Sequence record: OL960573.1 | Length of the DNA stretch: 61,753 nt | Source of the DNA: Escherichia phage vB_EcoS_SA126VB | Reading direction: 5' to 3' (one strand) | Shown: piece after piece, positions 10,068 to 18,924 of the stretch | How positions within the stretch are numbered: position 1 is the stretch's first letter | Layout: each line of letters opens with the position of its first letter | Notes under the pieces: generated by a model | The model's database searches: none | Seen by the model: the letters and a program-made list of their open reading frames with translations, nothing else | What the model was told of the DNA's origin: nothing | Position numbers and translations under genes: made by a program

Positions 10068-10465
10068 AAGCGCGCAGACAGTTAATTGATAAGAAGATCC
10101 TCCAATGGGAACTAAATAGCAAAGTCCCCGGCGGGGGATCTTCTTTATTATCGCAACTGCAAAAGGTTGAGGAACAGTCTGGTAAGACGCCACCTAAGCT
10201 TAAAGAATATCGGGAAAAGGAAATACCGCTTTGCTTCGAATATCTATCTACTTTATTTGATGATATCTACACTGGAGGAGATTTTAGTTATACAGAATTG
10301 CACAGCTATCAAGTGACAATGGGCTTACATCTTCAACCGTACGAATGCGAAATACTGCGGCAGCTATGGCTTGAAAAGCGCGTGTCAGAAGCTGAACAAA
10401 ATGCTAAACTCATGGAAAGTCAAATGCAAAATCAAAATAAAGGTAGAAGAAAAAGGAGAAGATAA
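9660..10465 (+). CDS. tail assembly chaperone GT-like fusion product via -1 frameshift
   Basis: -1 frame read by hand from 10058: FFLKARRQLIDKKILQWELNSKVPGGGSSLLSQLQKVEEQSGKTPPKLKEYREKEIPLCFEYLSTLFDDIYTGGDFSYTELHSYQVTMGLHLQPYECEILRQLWLEKRVSEAEQNAKLMESQMQNQNKGRRKRRR*; stop overlaps tape-measure ATG. Confidence 0.55.
10058..10064 (+). promoter_or_regulatory. -1 programmed ribosomal frameshift slippery heptamer T_TTT_TTC
   Basis: X_XXY_YYZ heptamer in frame 0 at the 3' end of the chaperone ORF; -1 frame is open from 10058 to the TAA at 10463-10465. Confidence 0.6.
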
Positions 10466-13400
10466 TGGCCGAAACCGCTTCGCTAGTAATCAGAGTTGAC
10501 GCGAGAGGGATTAGTACCGCGGACTCTATGTTGCGGAACTTAGCGCGTACAGGTGACACAGCGGAGCGGTCCGCTCAACGTGTTACCTCCAGCTATAAAA
10601 CATTGTCTAACACATCTAACGAGCTTGCAACTGTCACAAGTCGTTTGGACGCTGCAATTGTAGGCATGGTTAGCGTTGACACTATTAGCCGTGTTATATC
10701 GCTGTCTGACTCCTGGACCATCCTTACCAACAAACTTGAACTGGCTCGTACGGGTAATGAAACCGTTGCAGATGCGCAGCAACGCGTGTTTGATATTGCC
10801 CAGCGTTCTCGTACAAGCTTAGAAGCGACTGCAACTCTGTACTCCCGTCTCCAGCGTGCGATGAAGAATACTGGTATGACAGGGATGGAGCTTGGACGCA
10901 TTACCGAAACAATTAACAAAGCAATGATTGTTTCCGGTGCAACATCCCATGAAGCAAGTGCTGCCCTTATTCAGTTTTCGCAAGCAATGGCATCCGGTGT
11001 TCTGCGTGGGGAGGAATACCGCTCTGTTGCAGAACAAGCGCCGCGCTTAACTCAAATCATGTCCGATTCGTTAGGCGTTACCATTGGACAATTGCGTGAG
11101 CTGGCGTACAGCGGAAAGTTAACAGCCGATGTGGTTATCAAATCGTTGTCTGGTGCTGCGGATACAATTGATAAAGAATTTAGCCGCACTATGCCAACGT
11201 TCAACCAGCAATGGACAGTTGCAACAAACAACCTGACTAAGTTTATGGGCGAATCCCAAAAGACTCAAGGTGCGGTCGCTGCATTGGGACAGACGTTTGT
11301 TGCATTATCCGAAAACTTAGGAACGGTTGTAACGGTTGGTTCAGCTTTAGCCACAGTAATTACCGCCCGTATCATTACGGCAATGCTTGCTAAGACTAAA
11401 GCGTCTATAGCTGCTGCAAAAGCATCTCAGATGGAAGCTGCACAAACTGCGGCAACTACGGCGGTGATGCAAAGCTCCATTGGCATTACTGCACAAAAAG
11501 CGGCTGCGGACCGTGCTGCTTCCCTTGCATCTTTGCAGGTTGCACGCGGTGCGTTAGCGGTTGCTAAGGGTACGGCAGCGGAAGCGGGTGCTCGCCTTGC
11601 ACTTATTAACGCTACCCGTGCGCATTCTGCGGCAATTATGGCGGACGTACAAGCGCGGCAAGCGCTCAATGCTGCGCTTAATGCAACTGTACCAGCCGCA
11701 AGCCGGGCAGCTACAGCAATGAGCGTGCTGCGCGGTGCTATGGGGTTAATTGGCGGTCCTGTTGGTGTAGCAATGCTGGCAGCGGGTGCAATTTACTCCT
11801 ATAAAGCGTCATTGGAAGCTGGTCGTGCGGAAAACAATCAGTTTGCGGATAGTGTTGATACTGTACGCGATAAACTGATGCAGATGACAGAAGCTCAGTT
11901 GGCAGCTAACGCAGTTAAAGCTCGCGCAATTCTCCCCGAACTTGAAGAGCAAATGAAGCGGGAGCAAACTGCTCTTAAATCTGCAACGGAAACGCAGAAG
12001 TTCTATGAAGCACAATTAAAACGTCGTGCTGCGTCCGGTCGTGATACAGCCAGTGCTGAAAAGAATTTACAAATTGCAACGGATAACGTCAAGCTTGCTG
12101 CGGAGCGTGCTGAAGAAGCTCAACGCCGTTACAACAATGTCTTAGAAATGACAAGCCCTGCTATCGAGAAGATAATTCCGTTAGCTCGTCAGCTTGCTGC
12201 TGATATGAAGGCTGTTCTTAGCATCAAATCCGGTCCGCTTATTGACGAGAAAGTGCTTGATCGTTTTAAAGGTCAGTTAGGTGACGTTAACCGTGAAATT
12301 GACGTCAACACGGTTAAAGGTGCTGGTAACGCTCGTCAGGCTGCAATCCTTAGTGGACTGTATCAAACTCTGGGCAAAGATGCAGACACCTACGGAAGTC
12401 TAATTCGCAAAGTAGCTATGGGACAGGATGTTAGCTCTGAAGCGACAAGCGAGTCCGCAAAAGAACTTGTTAAATATGCTCAAGAGCTAGCGGAAGCTTA
12501 CGGCAAGAATTATGATCTCGAGGAAGCGGAGAGGAACCGAACTAAAGCGACAAAAGACGGTATTAAAGCAGAACAACAGAACGCCAAAGTTATTGACGAT
12601 TTACGGAACAAGCTTAACGAAGTAACCACAGGGGTTAAGGAAAACGCCAAAGCTAAAGCTCAAGCTGTGGCACTTAATAAGCTCAATGCGTCTGCAACGG
12701 CTGCGGAAAAAGCGGAAGTTGTTAGTCTTGCTGCTGCAATCTACGATGCAGAAGAAGCTCAAAAGAAACTGGACGAACGTAAAAAGAATCGTAAGTTTGC
12801 GCAGGGTCTATTGGATGAAGGTATGACGGACTATGAAAAAATCGCGTACGAGCAAAATACTAAGATTGCTGAGCTTACTGCTAAACAACGAGCGGATGAC
12901 CTAGCTTACTATCAACTTTATGAGGATGCCAAAACTCAAGTCCTGAAGAAAGCAAGCATGGAAAGGGAAAATCTGGATAAAGTTCTTATGAACCGAATGA
13001 TATCCTTTTCTCAGGAATCCTTGGGTATTATACTGTCAGGGCTGGAAGAAGGTGTTAGTAAACAGAACTTTATTTATAAGGCAATGTTTGCTGCACAGAA
13101 AGCAATGCAAATCCCATCAATCCTTGCTAACACGGAGACCGCAGCATCTGCGGCGCTTGCGTGGGGTACACAGCAAGGCGGTGCTACAATGGGCGCGGCT
13201 ATGGCTGGAATTGTTAAAGCTATGGGTTATGCGTCCGCTGCTACTGTGGGTGGCTTAGCAATCGCTGGCATGGCACACGATGGTATTGATAATGTTCCAC
13301 GCGAAGGTACATGGTTATTGGATAAAGGTGAACGCGTACTTAATGCTCCGTCTAATGACAAGTTAAACCGCTTCCTGGATAGCCAAGCTTCACAACAAGG

Positions 13401-13581
13401 TGGCGTGAATATGTCTGGTGGTGTTAGCATTGTCCAGTATATCACGGTGCAAGGGAATGGCGATGCTGCACTCACGCAAGCCATGCAGCAAGCGGCTCGT
13501 GATGGTGCGGAGCAGGGATATAATAAAGTTCTTACAGACTTTGCATCCCGAGGAACAATTCGTAGAACTGCAATGGGGTAA
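10465..13581 (+). CDS. tail tape measure protein
   Basis: 1038 aa, Ala-rich helical sequence, immediately after chaperone/frameshift. Confidence 0.85.
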   Translation: MAETASLVIRVDARGISTADSMLRNLARTGDTAERSAQRVTSSYKTLSNTSNELATVTSRLDAAIVGMVSVDTISRVISLSDSWTILTNKLELARTGNETVADAQQRVFDIAQRSRTSLEATATLYSRLQRAMKNTGMTGMELGRITETINKAMIVSGATSHEASAALIQFSQAMASGVLRGEEYRSVAEQAPRLTQIMSDSLGVTIGQLRELAYSGKLTADVVIKSLSGAADTIDKEFSRTMPTFNQQWTVATNNLTKFMGESQKTQGAVAALGQTFVALSENLGTVVTVGSALATVITARIITAMLAKTKASIAAAKASQMEAAQTAATTAVMQSSIGITAQKAAADRAASLASLQVARGALAVAKGTAAEAGARLALINATRAHSAAIMADVQARQALNAALNATVPAASRAATAMSVLRGAMGLIGGPVGVAMLAAGAIYSYKASLEAGRAENNQFADSVDTVRDKLMQMTEAQLAANAVKARAILPELEEQMKREQTALKSATETQKFYEAQLKRRAASGRDTASAEKNLQIATDNVKLAAERAEEAQRRYNNVLEMTSPAIEKIIPLARQLAADMKAVLSIKSGPLIDEKVLDRFKGQLGDVNREIDVNTVKGAGNARQAAILSGLYQTLGKDADTYGSLIRKVAMGQDVSSEATSESAKELVKYAQELAEAYGKNYDLEEAERNRTKATKDGIKAEQQNAKVIDDLRNKLNEVTTGVKENAKAKAQAVALNKLNASATAAEKAEVVSLAAAIYDAEEAQKKLDERKKNRKFAQGLLDEGMTDYEKIAYEQNTKIAELTAKQRADDLAYYQLYEDAKTQVLKKASMERENLDKVLMNRMISFSQESLGIILSGLEEGVSKQNFIYKAMFAAQKAMQIPSILANTETAASAALAWGTQQGGATMGAAMAGIVKAMGYASAATVGGLAIAGMAHDGIDNVPREGTWLLDKGERVLNAPSNDKLNRFLDSQASQQGGVNMSGGVSIVQYITVQGNGDAALTQAMQQAARDGAEQGYNKVLTDFASRGTIRRTAMG

Positions 13582-13584
13582 TAT

Positions 13585-14169
13585 ATGCTCACTTGGCCCG
13601 AAGAGCTTAGACCATCGGAAATGGAATGGTATCTAGTTTCAAACGCTGTAGAATTTACAAGTCCCTTCAATGGGGCTTCCCAAACTGTGTCATATCCCGG
13701 ATCTCGTTGGGAAGCGACACTGACATTTAGCAACTTAAATGACTGGCAATCCAGAAAGCTTGAATCAACGTTAGCTAAACTTGATGGCAAAGCTGGTCGC
13801 ATTATGCTTCAGGATTTTGGTCGCTGGGGTAGGCCTCCAATGGGATTACCTGTGGTTAATGGTGCAAATAACACTGGGACAACTTTATCAACTAAGGGTT
13901 GGACTCCTGAACGTAAGGTATTATGGGAAGGGGACTATATCGCAGTAAACAATGAATTAAAATTGATAACAGAAGATGCTTGGAGTGATTCTTCTGGTAA
14001 CGTGATTTTAAACATTGCCCCAATGTTAAGAAGCATCCCTCCAAACGGTGCGAAGATTGAAACTCAGAAACCCCAAGGATCTTTCCGTTTAGCCGAAAAC
14101 ACAAATGGAGTTAAACGTCAACCTGCATTTAATAACTCCTTTACTTTAAAATTTTCGGAGGCATTCTAA
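13585..14169 (+). CDS. putative distal/minor tail protein
   Basis: 194 aa directly after tape measure; synteny with lambda-like M/L region. Confidence 0.5.
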   Translation: MLTWPEELRPSEMEWYLVSNAVEFTSPFNGASQTVSYPGSRWEATLTFSNLNDWQSRKLESTLAKLDGKAGRIMLQDFGRWGRPPMGLPVVNGANNTGTTLSTKGWTPERKVLWEGDYIAVNNELKLITEDAWSDSSGNVILNIAPMLRSIPPNGAKIETQKPQGSFRLAENTNGVKRQPAFNNSFTLKFSEAF

Positions 14170-14753
14170 TGTTATTCAGTCCGTTTAGCGATAGCCTTCT
14201 TAGCGCAATGGAGCAACCAAACGTCGCGCTAGTGTTGGCAGCGGAAATAGACTTCCCTTCCGGTATCACCCGCGTGCATACCGGAACAGGAACTGTTATT
14301 ATCAATGGTCAGACTTTTCTTGGTGTAGGTACTCTAGGGGATGTTGGATCGGTTACAGAAGAAAACAGCACAAGCTCAAGCACTATGTCCATGGCACTTA
14401 GCGGTCTGGATATGAGTCTTGTAGGGGAGACGTTAAACGAAGAAGTTATTGGCCGCAATGTTATTTGCTATCTTGCGGTTATGAACGATCAAGGCGTTGT
14501 CACTGGTGCAAACGTATTATTTGAAGGGTTTATTACAGATACAGCTTTACAAGCAGGACAACAAAATGCTTTGAGCTATGTTATTGCCAATGTCTTTGAG
14601 CGTTGGTCACAAGGTTTACCGGATCGCTATACAGATGAAAGTCAACAACGTTTACATCCAGGTGATCGGTTCTTTAGATATGTTGCACAAATGGCTGAAC
14701 GTTCAATCTTTTGGGGGAGTAAAAAAGATGCGCCAGGGTTCACGTATGAGTAA
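14169..14753 (+). CDS. putative minor tail protein
   Basis: 194 aa, ATG overlaps previous stop. Confidence 0.45.
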   Translation: MLFSPFSDSLLSAMEQPNVALVLAAEIDFPSGITRVHTGTGTVIINGQTFLGVGTLGDVGSVTEENSTSSSTMSMALSGLDMSLVGETLNEEVIGRNVICYLAVMNDQGVVTGANVLFEGFITDTALQAGQQNALSYVIANVFERWSQGLPDRYTDESQQRLHPGDRFFRYVAQMAERSIFWGSKKDAPGFTYE

Positions 14754-15162
14754 AATGCCAGGATGGCAAACACGTTTATTAACCACAGTAAAGGAGCTGG
14801 CATCGACTCCTTTTTCTTGGGGCGAAAACGATTGCTGTACGTTTGCCGCTAAATGTGTTGATGCACAATACAACACAAATATTTATAATCAGATAGCAGG
14901 TAAATACCGCACAGAGCTTGGAAGCAAACGGTTCTCAATTGAAAAGGTTGGAACAACTTACCTTCCAACCTTGCTTGACGCTTACCTAAGTGAGCGCGTT
15001 GATAAGAACTTTGCGCAAAGAGGAGATGTGGTTACATTTGAGGGAGCATTGGGCTTAACCGCTGGCATATTATGGACGGGATATGTATGGGCTATGGGCC
15101 CGAACGGTGTGGAAACATTCCCGCTTAATAAGATCAAAATCACGGATATTTGGAGGGTCTAA
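14728..15162 (+). CDS. putative tail assembly protein, NlpC/P60-like (gpK-like)
   Basis: Start moved to ATG 14728 (GGGGGAG RBS; track start 14578 overlaps previous gene by 176 nt); ENDCC..GDVVTF resembles the NlpC/P60 Cys region. Confidence 0.4.
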   Translation: MRQGSRMSKMPGWQTRLLTTVKELASTPFSWGENDCCTFAAKCVDAQYNTNIYNQIAGKYRTELGSKRFSIEKVGTTYLPTLLDAYLSERVDKNFAQRGDVVTFEGALGLTAGILWTGYVWAMGPNGVETFPLNKIKITDIWRV

Positions 15163-17801
15163 TGCCACCAGCAATAATTGGAGCAGCAATAGCTTTAGGT
15201 GCTTCCGCTGCCGCTGCGGCGGGGTGGATTGCTACGGGCGTAGCTTTGGCTATTGGTATGGCTGCAACTGCGGCGGGTGCTCTTTTAACTAAGACACCTA
15301 ATATGAACTTTAATGCTTATAAAGGTCAACAAGAGCGTAAACAGGTTTTACGAGCAGCCGCAGCATCTCGAACAGTAGTGTATGGCACAACGGTTGCTTC
15401 CGGTGTTATGACGTTTGCCGAGGAGCAGCCTGGAGATCAGGACGAAGACGAACTCCTGCATATGGCTCTTGTTGTAGCTTCACATCCATTGGAGGGAATT
15501 GGTGATATTTGGCTTGGGGATGACCTTGTACAGACTTTCGAACAGTATGTCACTTGGGAATTTCATAATGACCGTCAGACGGTAGACCCTTTCATGCTAA
15601 ACAACTGTCCTTCATGGAAAGAAGATATGATTGGGAAAGGGATTGCCTGGCTTCGTATTAGTTTTAAGTTTAATGCAGAAAAATTCCCGTCTGGCTTGCC
15701 AAACATTAAGCTTCTTAAAAGAGGTCGCCGTGTATATGATCCTCGTTCTGGTTATACCATATTCAGCGATAATGCAGCGTTAGTGATACTTGATTACTTC
15801 CGCACGTATTTAAAGCGCAAAGATGAAGATATTAACTGGGACCAATTCAAAGAAGCGGCTAACATCTGTGATGAATACGTCAATAACGCTGATGGTTCTA
15901 CAGAGCGCCGTTATAAAATCAACGGTGAATTTGAAGTAGATGAAGCCCCATCCAAAATTCTGGATGCTATGTTGCAAGCATGTGGTGGCGAGCTAACGTA
16001 TGTAGCGGGTAAACACGGCCTTCTGGTTGGCGCATATTACGGCCCAGCAACAATGACGCTGGACGAAAGTTGTATTGCTGGGGATATTAAAATTGTTCCA
16101 GAGACTTCTTATAAGGAGCGCACCAACACCATTACAGGGACGTTTATTGATCCGAAGCAGAACTATGTTGAGGCGGACTTTCCTCCAGTTGTGGTCAAGG
16201 AATGGGTGGAAAAAGATGGCGGTGAAATAACTCAGGACATGGATTTCCGATTTGTAACAAGTGAATATCAAGCCCAACGTTTATCTAATATTATTCTACG
16301 TCGTAAACGTGTTGGGCGCACAATTGAAATCCCTTGTAACATGAAGGGTTATAAGTTCCGTCCAGGAATGTATGTAAAAGTTACCATCACGCAGATTGGC
16401 ATGAAGAATGTTGAAATGCGCGTTACCAAATGGTCTTTTAACCCTAAAGGTGGGGTTAACCTTACCTTACGTCAAGATTTCCTGGAAATGTGGGACGATG
16501 CAATTGGTAAACCTATGGACCGGCCGGATCTTGTAGACTTGCCAAGTGGTGGTGTTGCTCAACCTCAAAATCTTCAATACCAGATATTGCAGATTAGTGA
16601 TGTGGTACAGGGGGTATTATCCTGGACCAACATGGGGCAAGTTGCATATAACCGCGTAGCTGTGCGACAGGGAGGCGTTACTATTTGGACCGCACAAGTC
16701 CCTGGCCAAAGCGTTCGTGTCACTGGGTTGCTGCGTGGGGCGTATACTGCGCACGTTCAAGCTGTATCGCACAGTGGAGCAATATCACCGGAAGCTTATT
16801 TGGAGTTTAATATTCAAGCTCCACCGCCACCTTCATCTGTTGAGATACAGAACGGTTATTTTTCTTTAACTCTTATACCAAAGATTGCAGAGCTCACTAG
16901 TGTTAGCACACAATTTGATTTCTGGACGTCTGGTGAAACAAAACTGCCGTCTGCTAATACAGATGTTGTTGAGCGCGATGCGACCCGTGAAGGTATGGGA
17001 ACTATATGGCAGAAAAATAACTTACTCAATGACCACACTTATTACTGGTATGTAAGAACTATCAATGCCTTTGGGTCGTCCGCGTTTGTGGAAGTTGAAG
17101 CTCGTGTATGGGCAGAAACTGCACAGATCATAGAAATTATGGATAAAGAGTTTCAAGAAACTGAAACTTTCAAAAACCTTATGGAGACTGTGCAAAAGGT
17201 TGATGACGGTGTAACGGAATTGTCCAAAGTAGTTGAAGGACAAGCTACAAAAATTGAATCGGTTCAGAGTAGTGTGGGTGATGTTGTTGTTACCGTGCAA
17301 GAGCAATCGCAAGCACTAGCAGATCTTAATGGCAAACTTTCTGCTCAATGGGGACAAAAGGTTCAAATAGACAATGATGGCAACAAATACGTTGCAGGTA
17401 TGCAGTTAGGTATTGAAGGTAGCGGAGGACAATTCCAGTCTTACTTTATGGTGAGCGCTGATAACTTTGCTATTTATAATCCTGTAGCGGGAGCAGCACA
17501 GCTTGCTTTTGCTATTAAAAACGGTCAAAGTTTCTTACAAGAAGCTTTTATTGAAAACGGATCGATTACCAACGCTAAGATTGGTAATGTTATCCAGTCC
17601 AATAACTGGAATGGTAACGATCAAGGTTGGGCAATTACAAAAGACGGTTATTGCGTATTTAATAACGTAACCGTCAGAGGGACAGTTGTTGCTAACGCTG
17701 GTCAATTTGGTTTCAATGGAAATGGAGGTATTACAATTGATAGTAACGGTATTCGTGTTCCGCTATCAGGTGGTGGTGTTGTCATAGTGGGACGCTGGTA
17801 A
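15162..17801 (+). CDS. tail tip / host specificity protein (J-like)
   Basis: About 880 aa after minor tail genes; ATG 15162 overlaps previous stop (TAATG), track start 15150 is TTG. Confidence 0.6.
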   Translation: MPPAIIGAAIALGASAAAAAGWIATGVALAIGMAATAAGALLTKTPNMNFNAYKGQQERKQVLRAAAASRTVVYGTTVASGVMTFAEEQPGDQDEDELLHMALVVASHPLEGIGDIWLGDDLVQTFEQYVTWEFHNDRQTVDPFMLNNCPSWKEDMIGKGIAWLRISFKFNAEKFPSGLPNIKLLKRGRRVYDPRSGYTIFSDNAALVILDYFRTYLKRKDEDINWDQFKEAANICDEYVNNADGSTERRYKINGEFEVDEAPSKILDAMLQACGGELTYVAGKHGLLVGAYYGPATMTLDESCIAGDIKIVPETSYKERTNTITGTFIDPKQNYVEADFPPVVVKEWVEKDGGEITQDMDFRFVTSEYQAQRLSNIILRRKRVGRTIEIPCNMKGYKFRPGMYVKVTITQIGMKNVEMRVTKWSFNPKGGVNLTLRQDFLEMWDDAIGKPMDRPDLVDLPSGGVAQPQNLQYQILQISDVVQGVLSWTNMGQVAYNRVAVRQGGVTIWTAQVPGQSVRVTGLLRGAYTAHVQAVSHSGAISPEAYLEFNIQAPPPPSSVEIQNGYFSLTLIPKIAELTSVSTQFDFWTSGETKLPSANTDVVERDATREGMGTIWQKNNLLNDHTYYWYVRTINAFGSSAFVEVEARVWAETAQIIEIMDKEFQETETFKNLMETVQKVDDGVTELSKVVEGQATKIESVQSSVGDVVVTVQEQSQALADLNGKLSAQWGQKVQIDNDGNKYVAGMQLGIEGSGGQFQSYFMVSADNFAIYNPVAGAAQLAFAIKNGQSFLQEAFIENGSITNAKIGNVIQSNNWNGNDQGWAITKDGYCVFNNVTVRGTVVANAGQFGFNGNGGITIDSNGIRVPLSGGGVVIVGRW

Positions 17802-17811
17802 TGAAATATTT

Positions 17812-17833
17812 AAACGGGGCTCATGCCCCGTTT
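17812..17833. terminator. bidirectional terminator between convergent genes
   Basis: AAACGGGGC-tcat-GCCCCGTTT perfect hairpin with A/T-rich flanks on both sides. Confidence 0.65.
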
Positions 17834-17834
17834 A

Positions 17835-18800
17835 TTAATACATATTTGGTATAGCTATGAGTGGTGTTGAAATCACCACGTTACGACCGGGCATTTGGAA
17901 TTGTTGTCGCGAGTAGTTGCCTACCACGCGGTTTCTTGCAGCACCTACCACATTATCTGCCATGCGGATCCCGTTCATGCGAATATGATTATAACCTCCG
18001 TTGTTCTCAATAAGCGTGCCTGTGTATGCAAGCTGTATTAAGCTGTTACCAATATTTTGCCAGCCCGCGCTAAGATCTACTGTTCCGTTGAATACAAAAG
18101 GCTTCTTAACCGTGGAGAACGTAACCTGCCCCGCGCTGTTCGTCATGGTAATACCATCACCAGGCTGTGGAGGAGTGTTATTAAATATTACTAATTCCAT
18201 CCCAACAGAAGCTGATACGTCATCAATTCCACCATATGCTGCATTGCGAACAATAATATTCGAACCATCAAAACCTACTGACACGTTAGGGTCGTTCCAG
18301 CGAGCAAACGGAACACCACCGACAGGTAACGGTATACTGCCGTTAACCCATACGTACTGGGAATACTGACAAGTCATGAGAAAGGCTGCGTTGGATATTG
18401 CTGTAAAGTCCGTGGAGTTAGCAACAAATAGACCCTCGTTTCGCGTTCCTACAGGTAGCAGTTCCATAATCACCCCTGCCCATTGCGGCAGCCCACTATA
18501 GGCACCCAGTCCGTCCGCACCTCGCAACGTAACTCCACCGTCCCCGTTTCGGGTTACGGACGTCACATACATTGGATCCGGAATAACTAGCGTCTGATCA
18601 AATACTTCCAGTACTTCAACTGGGTTAGTCATAATAACGACATGCTGCGATCCTGGCGTCAGAGGTGTATTGATGGTTAGTGTTTTGTCAGATTGACATC
18701 GCTGATTGAAGTTAGCGCAAAAAGACGGGGCTCTCAATCCTGCTGTTATTTGCATTGCAGGTCTACCGTCATTGTAGTTTATATAAATACCCTCTGGCAT
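17835..18800 (-). CDS. hypothetical beta-rich protein, reverse-oriented inside tail module (possible receptor-binding or moron protein)
   Basis: 321 aa from ATG 18800 (GGAG RBS; track start 18836 is TTG); Gly/Asn/Thr/Val-rich; convergent with tail tip gene. Confidence 0.5.
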   Translation of the reverse strand: MPEGIYINYNDGRPAMQITAGLRAPSFCANFNQRCQSDKTLTINTPLTPGSQHVVIMTNPVEVLEVFDQTLVIPDPMYVTSVTRNGDGGVTLRGADGLGAYSGLPQWAGVIMELLPVGTRNEGLFVANSTDFTAISNAAFLMTCQYSQYVWVNGSIPLPVGGVPFARWNDPNVSVGFDGSNIIVRNAAYGGIDDVSASVGMELVIFNNTPPQPGDGITMTNSAGQVTFSTVKKPFVFNGTVDLSAGWQNIGNSLIQLAYTGTLIENNGGYNHIRMNGIRMADNVVGAARNRVVGNYSRQQFQMPGRNVVISTPLIAIPNMY

Positions 18801-18924
18801 AGTTACTCCAACAATGTGGTTAAAGATGATAGACAATATTGTTTTATATTCTAATTTAATTTACCATATTTATATGCCATAGTGCATCCATTAATTGATC
18901 AACTCTGCGAAACAAGAGGTAAAA

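Noticed and set aside
13585-15162. Three consecutive ORFs of identical length (585 nt each) as a possible tandem duplication
   Set aside because: The proteins show no sequence similarity to each other and the third start is an upstream TTG artefact; equal length is coincidental.
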